Shown here piece by piece: positions 1 to 10,200 of a stretch of 64,000 nt of DNA. Numbering within the stretch: the stretch's first letter is position 1; the number at the start of each line of letters is the position of its first letter. Where the stretch lies: the IMG/VR virus record IMGVR_UViG_3300010343_000004, one strand, 5' to 3'. The position numbers and the translations under genes were made by a program. Source of the stretch: a virus. The notes under the pieces are model-generated. The model saw only the letters and a list, made by a program, of their open reading frames with translations. It did not search any database and was not told the DNA's origin.

Positions 1-325
1 CGGCCTGGAGGCGATCGTACTCGCTCCGCGGCACGCCTTCGGCGAAGTTCTGCGTAACCTTCTCCCATAGGGCGTCTCTGCCACTTTGCGGGATGTTCGG
101 TTGTCCGAATATCTCGCCGAGCACTGTTTCGAGGTACTCGGGCCACTTGCTGGTCTTGGACGGTTTGCGCGCGGCGCGCGAGCACGCCTCGGCGAGTTCG
201 CGAGGTTCTACGCCTGCCTGGTCGAGCGCGGCGAGGGCGAGCGCGGTGAAGTCCTTCTTGTCCATCGTGCGCGCGGCGCTCGTGTCCAGCACTTCGTCGA
301 CCTTCTCTGTGTATGCGATGCTCAT
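1..325 (-). CDS. hypothetical protein, partial (runs off window start)
   Basis: Open frame MSIAYTEKVDEVLDTSAARTMDKKDF..., ATG coupled (ATGA) to the stop of the upstream GT25 gene; not in the ORF track. Confidence 0.7.
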   Translation of the reverse strand, partial: MSIAYTEKVDEVLDTSAARTMDKKDFTALALAALDQAGVEPRELAEACSRAARKPSKTSKWPEYLETVLGEIFGQPNIPQSGRDALWEKVTQNFAEGVPRSEYDRLQA

Positions 326-954
326 GGTTCGAGGTCCTCTATGTCGGCCTGCTCGACGATGCGCGGCAGGACGGTGTAGACGCGAAGCTTCTGCATGGCG
401 TGCTTCGTCGTGAGGTCGATGGGGTCGTGGATGCTGCGATCGTCGGCGTTGACGACCAAGCGCTCGAGGACCGCGCGGTTCCGGACGAAGTAGGCGTGGA
501 GGCACACCGGCCAGTGCACCTCGTAGACCGGGCCGGAGATGTGGGTCTTCGGCCACGTGCTCGTGCAGCACGAGCCGATGAAGAGCATCTGCCAGTCGTC
601 GGGCACGTGCTCGAACACCTCATCGACCTTGGTCTGCCAGTCCTCAGGGAAGCGCGCATCGTCTTCGAGGAGGAGCACCGGCTCGTCGGGCAAAAGCAGG
701 CACGCGGCCCACATGGCGCGCTGACCGATCCACACGCCGACCCGGTGCGGTTTCAGAATCCCCGCCGCGCCGAGGGTGCTCGGCTTCGTGGCCACGAGGC
801 CGAGCTTCGAGGCGCTGAGGCCCCAGAAGAAGACTGCGTCGATGCCGCGCTTGTCGAAGTGATCGCGGGCGTCCTGCACGTCCCGGCGAAAGCCCGGCTT
901 GCGTTGCGACTCGAAGGGGGCGTGCGTCGCTAGGCAGACGACTCGGGTCTTCAT
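322..954 (-). CDS. glycosyltransferase family 25
   Basis: LLLEDDARFP, MLFIGSCC, CLHAYFV, HDPID motifs; start MKTRVV coupled to previous stop. Confidence 0.85.
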   Translation of the reverse strand: MKTRVVCLATHAPFESQRKPGFRRDVQDARDHFDKRGIDAVFFWGLSASKLGLVATKPSTLGAAGILKPHRVGVWIGQRAMWAACLLLPDEPVLLLEDDARFPEDWQTKVDEVFEHVPDDWQMLFIGSCCTSTWPKTHISGPVYEVHWPVCLHAYFVRNRAVLERLVVNADDRSIHDPIDLTTKHAMQKLRVYTVLPRIVEQADIEDLEP

Positions 955-1601
955 GGTTCGAGGTCCTTTTGGTCGGCCTGATCGAGGATGCGCGGCAGGA
1001 TCGTGTAGACGCGCAGGGCGGAGAGCGAGTGCTCCAGTACGGCGATGTCGGCCGGCGCGTAGCACCCGCAAGCGTCCTGCGTCCGAACGAGGTGATCGAG
1101 CACCTTGTGGCCGCGGACGAAGTAGGCGTGCAAGCACAAGGGCCACTTCACCTCGTAGACCGGGCCGGACACGTGGCGCTTCGGGCGCGACCATGTGCAG
1201 CACGAACCGACGAAGAGCATCCCCCAGTCCTGCGGCGTGTGGTCGAACGCCTCCTCGAAACGGGGCTTCCAGTCCGGGGGAAAGACGGCATCGTCTTCGA
1301 GCAGCAGCATCGGCTCGTCGGCGAGCAGCATGCACGCCGCCCAGAGAGCACGGTGCGAGACCCACGTGCCCGCCTTGCGCGGTCCCATGATGGTCTTGGA
1401 GCCGTCGTAGTCCTCGAATGCCTTGGTGACAACGAGGCCCGAGCGCGGGATGTCGATGCCCCAGTAAAACTCGGCATCGACGCCCTGCTCGGTGAAGTGC
1501 GCGCGTGCGCGCGGCGCGCCACGCGAGATACCCGGAACGAGAGGGGAGTCGTACGGCTCGCGCGTCGCGATGCAGAACGTGCGGTAGCTCGGAAGGGTCA
1601 T
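951..1601 (-). CDS. glycosyltransferase family 25 (paralogue)
   Basis: FYWGID, GTWVSHRALW, LLLEDDAVF, CLHAYFV, APADI motifs; start MTLPSY. Confidence 0.85.
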   Translation of the reverse strand: MTLPSYRTFCIATREPYDSPLVPGISRGAPRARAHFTEQGVDAEFYWGIDIPRSGLVVTKAFEDYDGSKTIMGPRKAGTWVSHRALWAACMLLADEPMLLLEDDAVFPPDWKPRFEEAFDHTPQDWGMLFVGSCCTWSRPKRHVSGPVYEVKWPLCLHAYFVRGHKVLDHLVRTQDACGCYAPADIAVLEHSLSALRVYTILPRILDQADQKDLEP

Positions 1602-1939
1602 GGTGAGCCTCCCGCGTCCTTCGGGTCGCGTAAGGCGTGTAGCGCGTCGCTCTCGCGTTTGACTTCGAGGATCAGCTCCTTCGCCTCGCGCACGTTCTTC
1701 TCGATCTCGGTCACCCTGACCTTGAGCGATTCGAGCCACCTCTCGGTCTGCGCGTTCGCCCAGAGGACGGCGAGGTGCCTCTCGAGCATCGGGCGGTTGG
1801 CGAGCCACAAGGCGCGGCGAGCTCTGCCGTCAAAGACCAGATGGCCGGTCCTGAGGACGGAGATGCGGCCGACACCTCTCTTTGGTTGCCCGTGAGGAGG
1901 TCGTAGGGCGGCGGGTCTCTGGAGCGACCTCGGAGTCAT
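1598..1939 (-). CDS. hypothetical protein with C-terminal coiled coil
   Basis: Translationally coupled at both ends. Confidence 0.6.
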   Translation of the reverse strand: MTPRSLQRPAALRPPHGQPKRGVGRISVLRTGHLVFDGRARRALWLANRPMLERHLAVLWANAQTERWLESLKVRVTEIEKNVREAKELILEVKRESDALHALRDPKDAGGSP

Positions 1940-2118
1940 CGCGATGCCGTCTGCCTGTCTTGCGCGACCTTCAGGCCGGTGTGGAGGAGCCACGTGCTCA
2001 CACCGAGCCCTTCTCGCGAGGCGATCTCTTCTAGAGCTTTTTTCTGCTCCTCCGTGCAGCGCACGCTGATGCTGCACTCTTTGGACTTCTTCTCGCGTGT
2101 CGGTGTGCGTTTCGACAT
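1936..2118 (-). CDS. ribbon-helix-helix DNA-binding protein
   Basis: SISVRCTEEQKKALEEIASREGLGVSTWL is an RHH pattern. Confidence 0.75.
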   Translation of the reverse strand: MSKRTPTREKKSKECSISVRCTEEQKKALEEIASREGLGVSTWLLHTGLKVAQDRQTASR

Positions 2119-2131
2119 CAGAGTGAGTGCG

Positions 2132-2160
2132 AATATGACTACGTTTGACTCACATTGCAA
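2132..2160 (-). promoter_or_regulatory. sigma70-like promoter of the RHH gene
   Basis: TTGCAA-17 nt-CATATT on minus strand with two AATGTGA direct repeats in an AT-rich gap. Confidence 0.5.
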
Positions 2161-2242
2161 TCACATTCTGATGTTCCAAGCTCCCACAACTTTTCCACAG
2201 TCCTGCGGACGCGCGAAGCGAGTTCGCTCTCGGCTCACAGGC

Positions 2243-2773
2243 TCAGGGCTTATTCCGGCACCCGATGCACGTCATCACGAGACCCCTCTTGTAGGCGACG
2301 GGCTCGCCAGGCCTCCAGGGAGCGCGGCAGTAGGGGCACGCGCCGTTGTGCAGGGCCGGGATAGGAATCCTGCCCATGTCAGGCGCGCCGCCCGTGTGAC
2401 GGCGCGCGTGACGCCTCGGAACGTAGCCAGGGGGAGGACCGCTTGGCTGCGGCGGGGGAGCGGGTCTCGAGGCCGGCGGCCAGTTCTCGGGTGCTGGCGT
2501 GCCGCGCGGGTCGACCCGGGCGCCGTCCCAGGGGGAAGACCCGCGGCCCCACGGCGGAGGATGCGGAGCGCCGCCGGAAGGGTAGTGCGGGGAGCTGCCT
2601 GGCGCGCCGGCGGCCGCCTGCCCCGGCCCGACGATCTCGAGCTTGTGGGTAACGATGTGCTTGATCGCGATGAAGGCCGCGGAGCGGGCCTCGGGGTCCG
2701 TGTCGCCGTTCTTCGCGATCTTGTCCGCCGCGAGCGCGACGAGTTGCCTTGCGCGCTCGACGGGAATGCTCAC
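2243..2773 (-). CDS. Pro-rich protein with C-terminal Cys4 motif
   Basis: CPYC...CIGC; coupled GTGA start. Confidence 0.65.
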   Translation of the reverse strand: MSIPVERARQLVALAADKIAKNGDTDPEARSAAFIAIKHIVTHKLEIVGPGQAAAGAPGSSPHYPSGGAPHPPPWGRGSSPWDGARVDPRGTPAPENWPPASRPAPPPQPSGPPPGYVPRRHARRHTGGAPDMGRIPIPALHNGACPYCRAPWRPGEPVAYKRGLVMTCIGCRNKP

Positions 2774-4146
2774 GACACGTCGCCGTTCCCTTCGTCGCCG
2801 TCGCCACCATCTACGCCGTCGCCGCTATCTCCGTCGTCGCCAGGTTTGCTGTCGTCTCCGTCGGGGGGAGATGGCTCACCACCAGCCTCCCGGCGGGCTT
2901 TGTCGCCCTGTGCTCTGTACGCTTCCCGCTGGTCCTTCCACGGCGACTCTTGACCGCGCATGGCGGCCGCGCACGCTTCTTCAGCAACGATCGCCAGCTC
3001 TTCGACTTGTTCGGGCCTCGCAAGAAGCTGTTTCTGGCCGCCGCGCATGTGGCGCCCGAGGTTGCAGCAAGCGGTGACGGCCTTTTGCCAATCGAGGAGC
3101 TGGGCATCGACCCGCGGCAGGAGCCCCTCGCGGGTGAGCCGTCCGATTGTCCAACCAAGCTCTTTGGCCTGTCTCTTCGCCGATTCTTTCCAGGTGGGGT
3201 TCTTCGGGCGCTTTCCCGGCTTGGGCTTGGCCCCGATGATCGCCGCAGCGACCTCCGCCTGCCTCTCGAGTGGGACGTTCTTCCTGAGGATGTGAAAGAG
3301 GATCTCGTCCACCGAGAGTGGCAGACCCTCTTTGCGCCACCGGTCAAAGAGCCTCTTGTCGAACCGGAGGGAGTTCGCGATCTGGGCGAGGTTCGAGACG
3401 TAGGTCTTGTTCTTGCCGATCTGCCTCGAGACCTCGTCGAGGGTCTTGCCGAGGCGTAGAGCCTGGTCGATTCCGTACGCGAGGTCGGCGGGCTTGAGGT
3501 TGTCCCGGTTCGTACCCTTGGCGAGGTTGAGCATGCGTGCGTCGGCTTCGGAGAGGTCCTCGATCTTGCAGAGCAGGTGCCCTGGCGGGAGACCCTTGAT
3601 GCGACCGCCGCGCGCGGCAAGCATCCCCGCGGCGGAGAACCTGCGGAAACCGTCGACGACGGAGAACTTGCCCTTATTCCTCGGATGGGGGCGAACGATC
3701 GCGGCTTCGTCCTGGCCTCGCTCCTCCATGGAGTTGGCGATCCCGAGAGTGCCTAGTCCTTCGGACTCGTCACAGTCGCTCGTCCTGTAATCACCGCTCC
3801 GCGCGTTCCACTCGTAGTCCGCCTCGATGTCGACGAGCGGGATGGCGATCGGCAGGGCCATCTGCGTCGTCGCTTGGGTGCTCGGAGAGGCAGGCTTGTC
3901 GGCGCCGCTGCGCCGACGGTCCCACTCCTTCTGGAACGCCAACCCGAGCGCGTCGGTCTCTACCGAGCCGAGCCACATCGATCCGCACTTCTTGCAGGTC
4001 GGGACGACCATGTCGTCCGGCACGGCGTAGTCGGCTTCGCCGCGGTAGCTGCAAAGCCTTCCCGGACCCTTGGTGGGCGCCACCTCACCACCACACGAGC
4101 CGCACCTCTTCGTCGGCTCGAGAGCTTTTGCGGTTGCCGCCATCAT
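2770..4146 (-). CDS. ParB/Srx-family protein with N-terminal MqsA/YgiT-type zinc ribbon
   Basis: CGSCGG...VPTCKKCGS; VVDGFRRFSAA; NRDNLKPADLA; HTH LDEVSRQIGKNKTYVSN. Confidence 0.8.
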   Translation of the reverse strand: MMAATAKALEPTKRCGSCGGEVAPTKGPGRLCSYRGEADYAVPDDMVVPTCKKCGSMWLGSVETDALGLAFQKEWDRRRSGADKPASPSTQATTQMALPIAIPLVDIEADYEWNARSGDYRTSDCDESEGLGTLGIANSMEERGQDEAAIVRPHPRNKGKFSVVDGFRRFSAAGMLAARGGRIKGLPPGHLLCKIEDLSEADARMLNLAKGTNRDNLKPADLAYGIDQALRLGKTLDEVSRQIGKNKTYVSNLAQIANSLRFDKRLFDRWRKEGLPLSVDEILFHILRKNVPLERQAEVAAAIIGAKPKPGKRPKNPTWKESAKRQAKELGWTIGRLTREGLLPRVDAQLLDWQKAVTACCNLGRHMRGGQKQLLARPEQVEELAIVAEEACAAAMRGQESPWKDQREAYRAQGDKARREAGGEPSPPDGDDSKPGDDGDSGDGVDGGDGDEGNGDVS

Positions 4147-4763
4147 GACGCCTCCTTGGCGGGGCCGATCACTTCGTCGCAGTACCGCCTGAACATGACG
4201 CGCGCGTCCATCTCCTCGGCGTAAGGACCGTGCATCTCGGCCCACGTCTCGGTAAAGAACCACCATAGCCCGTTCGCGGTCTGGGCGACCGGGTCGTCCG
4301 ACGTCGGGGCCTTGAGGTATTGCTCCTCGCTGTCCGTCTCGGGTGGAGTCTTCTTCGGCGGAGGCGGGGCGCTTGTCCCTTCCGGCGCTGGTAGGCCGCA
4401 CGCGCGGCACTCGATCTTGTCTTCTTTCGCTTCCCCGTTGAAGCAGCCGCAGCGCTCGCACGTCCAGCTGGGGAGCATGAGGCCTCGCTGGCGGTATTCA
4501 CGTACCTGCTGGAAGAGGTCCGTACACCTCTTCTGCGTCTCGGTGAGGTTCGTCGTCATCTGCGCGAGGTCGGTGCGCGACGCCTCGAGCGCGAGCGATA
4601 GGCGGCTGATCTCTCGCAGGAGCTTGTGCTTGCTTTCACCCTCCGTCTCGAGCTCTTCGCCTGCCTCGATGAGCTTTTCCCTCGTGCGAATGAGCTCGAT
4701 GCGGAGATCCGCCGCCTCCGTGCGCAGCGTTGCGATGAGGGTATCCGAGTCGGCGGCGGTCAA
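4143..4763 (-). CDS. coiled-coil protein with Cys4 zinc finger
   Basis: WTCERCGCFN...CRACG; TTG start overlapping previous stop. Confidence 0.65.
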   Translation of the reverse strand: MTAADSDTLIATLRTEAADLRIELIRTREKLIEAGEELETEGESKHKLLREISRLSLALEASRTDLAQMTTNLTETQKRCTDLFQQVREYRQRGLMLPSWTCERCGCFNGEAKEDKIECRACGLPAPEGTSAPPPPKKTPPETDSEEQYLKAPTSDDPVAQTANGLWWFFTETWAEMHGPYAEEMDARVMFRRYCDEVIGPAKEAS

Positions 4764-4993
4764 TCGTCGTCTCCCTGGTACTGGATCGGGCAGCTCGGGC
4801 CGTGACCGATCCCGAACTCGTAGACGCAGTACGTGCACGGGTTCTGCTGGTGCCACTCGCGTGCCGCGAAGGCTTCGAGCTCGTGGTCGAAGCCGCACTC
4901 GTCGCAGTGGGCATCGCCTCCCCCGCCGCCTCCGCCCTCCGGTTCGCCGGGCTCGCCGAAGTCGAAGTCTCCGTCGTAGTAGCTACTCGTCAT
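4760..4993 (-). CDS. small acidic Cys/His protein
   Basis: CDECG, CTYC, HGPSC; coupled ends. Confidence 0.6.
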   Translation of the reverse strand: MTSSYYDGDFDFGEPGEPEGGGGGGGDAHCDECGFDHELEAFAAREWHQQNPCTYCVYEFGIGHGPSCPIQYQGDDD

Positions 4994-5262
4994 GGTTTCC
5001 TCGTGTGTGTCGTTGCAGGCGCAGAGACCGTGGTCACGCTGGCCGCCTGCAGGATGACGGAAAACGGCGGAGCCTTGCAGGGCTTACCACTCCTCGCCTT
5101 GTGCTTGTCATACGCCTGAAGCATCGATAGGTGCTCCCTTTCGGGGCGCACCTTCACGCGCTTCGCAGTCGTGCGGAAGACGACCACGTCGCAGGCCTCG
5201 CAGCCGCACTCGATGAGGTCACGGGGCCGAAGGTCCCTCTTCATGATCGACACCTTGGGCAT
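4990..5262 (-). CDS. small Cys-rich hypothetical protein
   Basis: Coupled ends. Confidence 0.55.
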   Translation of the reverse strand: MPKVSIMKRDLRPRDLIECGCEACDVVVFRTTAKRVKVRPEREHLSMLQAYDKHKARSGKPCKAPPFSVILQAASVTTVSAPATTHTRKP

Positions 5263-5612
5263 CAGGACTTCTCCGGCAAACCCGAGGCGGTCTCGTAGAG
5301 GACTCTCGCGGAGTGGACCGCCCCCTGCCTTTCGAGCTGCGCACCGACGGTCCTCATCTCCACGGGGTCGTCCGAGAGGAGGGCCAGCAAGAACATCTTG
5401 CGGAGTTCTTCTCTCGCTTCATCGGTCAGCTCTCGGAGCGTCGCGCGTCGCCGCAGGCCCTCCGCAAAGGCAGGGAGTCCGACTTGTTCGTAGGCGTTTG
5501 CAAGAAGACGGAGCTCTGCCGCCTCGTGAACGTTCTCGATGACCGCGGTGAAGACTACGTCCGGCGCGGCGCGCATCGCCCGGAGCGTATCCTCGTCGAA
5601 CCCTTGACTCAT
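5262..5612 (-). CDS. helical hypothetical protein
   Basis: Start MSQGFDE coupled to the upstream stop. Confidence 0.6.
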   Translation of the reverse strand: MSQGFDEDTLRAMRAAPDVVFTAVIENVHEAAELRLLANAYEQVGLPAFAEGLRRRATLRELTDEAREELRKMFLLALLSDDPVEMRTVGAQLERQGAVHSARVLYETASGLPEKS

Positions 5613-5977
5613 GGGGCCCTCGGTGGCTGCGGCGGGTGCGGCGGGTGGGAATAGTGACCGTTCGAGATGCCGAGGCGCGCGAGCTCGCCGCACTCCTCGC
5701 AGAGGCCAACGTAGTAGCCCCTTGCCAGTTTCATCTTGGGCCAAAGGATGCGGTGCATGTACCCGTGCGAGAAAGCGACCTCGCGGAGCCTCCCGCAGTT
5801 GCAGAAGAAGAGTTGGAGCGGGTTTACGGCCCGCGCCCACTCGACGAGCTTGTTCGGACGCCGGTAGACGCGCGGCGGCATGGCTCCCTTCGAAGCGTCG
5901 TTGTTCCACGGCGGGTCACGCCCGCGCGTGAGGCGGTAGACCAGGTCGCCGAGGGTCATGTCTATGGTTTGCATCAA
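5609..5977 (-). CDS. hypothetical protein with Cys4 motif
   Basis: CNCG...CEECG. Confidence 0.6.
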   Translation of the reverse strand: MMQTIDMTLGDLVYRLTRGRDPPWNNDASKGAMPPRVYRRPNKLVEWARAVNPLQLFFCNCGRLREVAFSHGYMHRILWPKMKLARGYYVGLCEECGELARLGISNGHYSHPPHPPQPPRAP

Positions 5978-7269
5978 TACTTGTTCTCCCGCGGGTACGG
6001 TGCGTCCGGGATGGGCTTACGAAGAAACCCACAGAGCTCGTACCAGCCAGCCCCTTTGCTCATGTCCATCACGAGCAAGTCCTTCGGTCGGTCCTTGAAG
6101 TGCTCGAGGACCTCGGCGTTGTGGCGGCGGTAGCGTTCGAGCATGACCTGTCTCTCGAACTTCACGCGCCCGTAGACTTCGCGGTGGATCTTGTGTGTGA
6201 ACGGGTCGTGGTCCCACTGCGAGCGCCACGGATTCTTGTCGCTCCAGTGCGCGCGGACGCTTTCGACCCACTGCTCCTCGTCGCGGATCGTGAGGACGAA
6301 CTTGGAGCCTGGGTACGCCGTGTCGAGCTCCCGGAAGAGGATCGGGATCGGCAGATCGCATAGCGCGTAGTTGCGTTCGAGAGTCCGCGAGCTCCCGCCC
6401 TCCTTCATCTCCTCCCAGATCGCCTTCGCCCAGTGCGCCGACTTCCAGTGCGCGCTGTCGTACCCGAGCTTGATGAGGGCGTGGTTCAGGCTGGTGGTCG
6501 CCGTCTTCTGCATTCCGAGCCCGAAGATCCTCGTGGGTACGGGCAAAAGCTCGATGGGCTGTCGCCCGAAGTTCTTGTAGAAGACTCCGAGACCGAACTT
6601 ACCGGCGTTGGCGATACGGACGTTCTCGCGGCCGGGCAGGACCCAGTCTTCGGCCGCGTTCTCGCCGTCGAGGTGCGGGTAGTCGCGGAAGCGCATCTTG
6701 TCGTTGTGGCTGATCGCGTTGAGAAAACGCGCGTCGATCTCCTGGGCCTCGAACCCGAGTTTTCGCAGGCGTGCGTTGAAGTCCTTGTCGTCCGGCGACC
6801 ACGTGGAGAAGACTTCGTCGTAGCCGCCCGCGGCAAGGAAGGCATGGCTCGTGACGGCAATGCGGCCGGAGATGCCGCGACGCATCTCGCCTCTCTTCAT
6901 GTGCGCCCATAGGAAGGACCCGCCGTCGTAAAGTTGCTCGGCGACGTACTCGTCGAAGTCTTGGCCAGCAAAGTTGTCCGCGTCCAAGTTCACGATGACG
7001 TCGGCGCCCTCCAGCATCGCAAGCCGGTGGGCGACGTTCTTCGCATGGGCCATGCGGAACGGCCCGGGCTCGGTGAACCGGTAAACCGAGAGTCTGCCGC
7101 TCTCGACGTCGGCCATGTGGTTTTTGCGGATGAACTCGTCGAGGTGGTCCGGGCTGTTGTAGTTCACAAGCACGTGCTTGGCCTTCGCGTTGTCGCGGAG
7201 GTTGGCCGGGAGCGTCTCTTCGACGTGCTGTACACGGCCTTTGCAAGTTGTAGAGAAAGCGATCTGCAT
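5974..7269 (-). CDS. GT-A glycosyltransferase fused to a sulfotransferase-family P-loop domain
   Basis: NLDAD DxD motif, GYDE/WSPDDKDF (GT2/GT7-like); C-terminal RIFGLGMQKTATTSL, KFVLTIRDEEQWVES, GWYELCGFL; RBS GAGGAG before MQIAF. Confidence 0.8.
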   Translation of the reverse strand: MQIAFSTTCKGRVQHVEETLPANLRDNAKAKHVLVNYNSPDHLDEFIRKNHMADVESGRLSVYRFTEPGPFRMAHAKNVAHRLAMLEGADVIVNLDADNFAGQDFDEYVAEQLYDGGSFLWAHMKRGEMRRGISGRIAVTSHAFLAAGGYDEVFSTWSPDDKDFNARLRKLGFEAQEIDARFLNAISHNDKMRFRDYPHLDGENAAEDWVLPGRENVRIANAGKFGLGVFYKNFGRQPIELLPVPTRIFGLGMQKTATTSLNHALIKLGYDSAHWKSAHWAKAIWEEMKEGGSSRTLERNYALCDLPIPILFRELDTAYPGSKFVLTIRDEEQWVESVRAHWSDKNPWRSQWDHDPFTHKIHREVYGRVKFERQVMLERYRRHNAEVLEHFKDRPKDLLVMDMSKGAGWYELCGFLRKPIPDAPYPRENKY

Positions 7270-7289
7270 AAGTCTCTCCTCGATCTCCT

Positions 7290-10200
7290 CTAGACGGCGC
7301 ACGCGCCGCCGACGCATGCTGCCTCGCCCGTCAGGTTCGTGCCGTCCGCCGTCTCGCGGAGCTCCGCGTAGTCGAGCGGCACGTAGTGCTGCACGAGGTG
7401 GTTCCACCGCGCCTCGTCGGCTTCCGTCAGCACTTCCTCGTTCGGAGCGAAGGCGTAGTCCTTGTCGCCTGAGCTCGCGATGAGAGAGACGCCAGAGAAG
7501 TGTTCCTGGTTCTGCCAGAGGTACTCGGCCACCGCCTCCCACTCGTGAGGTCTGACGGTCGCGGTGTTCGAGACGTTGTGCGATAGCTTGGGGGAGTGCG
7601 TCTCGCTCGCCGTGCCGGCCGCGACCCAGTTCTCCTGCGTCGAGCACACCATCTCGAGAAACTCGATCGCCGAGAGGTCCTTCTTTACGATCGCGCCGTC
7701 GGGCGCCTGGACGGGGAACTCGATGACCCACTTGCCGTCGGGCTTACGTACGCACATGTGCGGGTTCTTTTCGCGGAAGGCCTGGAAGACCGGCTCGAGT
7801 TCCACGGCGATGACGCGGCGGATGTAGCGCCGCGCGTGGTGCGGATGGTGGCCAGAGGCGACGCACCCGAGCTCGAGGCTCGTTGTCCCGCTCGGTTTCA
7901 CGCACGTCGTGCGGGCGGCCGGACGGATGCCGATGCGGGCGGCGTACTCCGCGTTCCACTCTTTGATCTTGCCGGCGACTTCGCGCTGTATAGTGGCGTT
8001 GCAGGCTACCTGTGGCGCGTCAAGCATGCCGGTCATCCCGACGCCGAGTAGGGCATCGCGCTTCGCGATCTCTTCACTCACCCAGCCGAGGTACGGCATG
8101 TCCGTGTATGCGGCCTGCAGTGTCCCGATGAGGGTCGCGGCTTGTGCGGCCTCGAGGAAGTCCTTGCGTGAGGTGAACTTCGCAGCGTTGATCTCGCAGA
8201 GGTTGCAGAAGGCCCACCCGGTAAGCACGTCGCCGATCGACACGTGGATGCTGCGTGCGGCCATGCGTCTCCGGATGCTGTCGTCGACCGTGAGCCGGGG
8301 GTAGAGGCCGATCTCGCAGCACTGCCCCGTGACGATTCCCTCGAACGTGCCGGTATGGTTGGACGGTTCGGTGAAGCAGTACACGGTGTCTGCCATGGGG
8401 AGCGGCTCGACGCGTAGCACCGTCACGAAGCGCCTCGCATCCCGCTGGGGGGCAAGCTTGGCCCCGGACAAGTCGAGGCGGTGCGTTTCCAGGCCGAGCC
8501 GCACCAACTTGTGTGCGTCGGTCGCGTTGATGAGCAAACGGTTCAGCTCCTGCGTCGGGTACTCAGCCATGCCGCCCTTCCCATCCGGCAGCAGGTTGGC
8601 GCCTTCGTCCTTCGCCTTGCCGATCTTCGCTTGGACGCCGAGCGTCGTCAGCATGAGCCGCACCTCGCGGAGGAAAGGCAGATTCACGCTTGGGAGCTGA
8701 ATGTTGATGCTCTTCGGGTTCTTGACGATGGACCCGTCCCCGTCGAACAAACCCGCCAACCATTCGATCTTGGATCGCGCGGAAGCGTCCAGCGGCACAC
8801 TGAACTTCTCCGGTATCTCCGGGAAAACGACCCTCGTGCGGTCGAGATCCTCGTTCGGCGCACCGACCCGGACGGTCTCGAGGTGTGGGATGAGGGTCTG
8901 CTTCGCGCCGTAGAGGTACGCGACACGCCGACCGGCGTCCTCTTCGGCGCCGTCGGCGCAGAAGAAACCGTGCGTGTAGGCGTGCGGCATATCTGCACCG
9001 CCCTCGACGACAGGCATGTCGTAGCGGAGGATCACGTCGCCCTCTTCGAGGTCACTCGCTTCGACGCGTTCCTCGATGTGGTCTCGGCTCCATCGACCCA
9101 TGGCGATGCACCACTCATGACGCTCCGTGCAATCGAGGGATGTCCCGTCCGAGAGATGCACGCGGACCATAGGCTGATCGCGGCCAGTCACAGACGGCGT
9201 CACGGTCTTCCAGCCGATACCGTTCCACACGACAGTGGGCTTGCCGACCCTTGTCTCGATGGGGACGTATCCCTCGCGAGTGAGGATGCGTGTCCCGGCG
9301 GGCACGCAGGGGTTCGTTCCGTAGTCGCGTCCCGCTGAGAAGAAGAAGCCGGGCTCTCCCCACTGCTTGGTCATCTCGAAGATGCGCGTGAACTGCTTCT
9401 TCTTCGCCTCGCCGCGCATGAGTGCGACAGAGTTATTCGCGTTTGCGAGCCACGGCTCTTCGGCGAACCAGTTGCCCGTCTTGCAGTTCATCATCTCGCT
9501 GTCCTCGAGAGAGAAGAGCGCGATCATGGCACTGCGGCGGACGCCTCCGGATAGGACCGCATCGGCCGCGTGGCACATGATGCGATGGGATTCAATGGGG
9601 CGGAGACGTCGACCTTGAGCTGCGTCGAGTACACGCCTCACCCTTTCGAGCGCAGTCTTCAGCGGCACATGTCCGGGGGCGACGCCTCCCGAGGTCTTGA
9701 GCGGCGTACCCGCAGGGCGGACAAGGTGGTAGGAGACCTCGAGGTATTCGCCCGTCGTGTAGCTTTGGACGAGAGCCTTCAATGTGTCGGCCCATCCTTC
9801 GATACTGTCGCCGACGACGTGATGACGGATTCTCCTCGCATCGATGAAGCCGAGCGGCGGCATCTTCTCGGTGTGGTCAAGATGCACGGAGTAGCCGACG
9901 CCGCTCCCCGAGAGGAGCAGAAACATGGCCTCGCCGAAGACGTTCAGGTGGTCCACCAAACCGAACGTACAGTTGTACATGCGCTGGTGGTTTGTGAGGA
10001 TCGCTGGCCCTGAAAACTGCATGCTCCGCATGCTCGGCAGAACGCGTTTGTCTCTCACGAAGTCGAATGCGCGGCGGATCTCCACCTCGAGGCCCGGGAA
10101 CTTGCCGAGGTGCATGGCTTCTACGCGGGCGACGGTCTCCTCGTACACCTCGCGGCGCCCAAGCTCGTCTCGGTGGCGGGCATACTTGCTCGCGTGGATG

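Noticed and set aside
5974-7731. ORF-track starts upstream of the chosen starts (also 322-1365, 2770-4461, 11119-12327, 18915-20180, 31287-32558, 59339-60067)
   Set aside because: The extensions overlap neighbouring genes and lack RBS or family-like sequence; coupled or RBS-supported internal starts were used.
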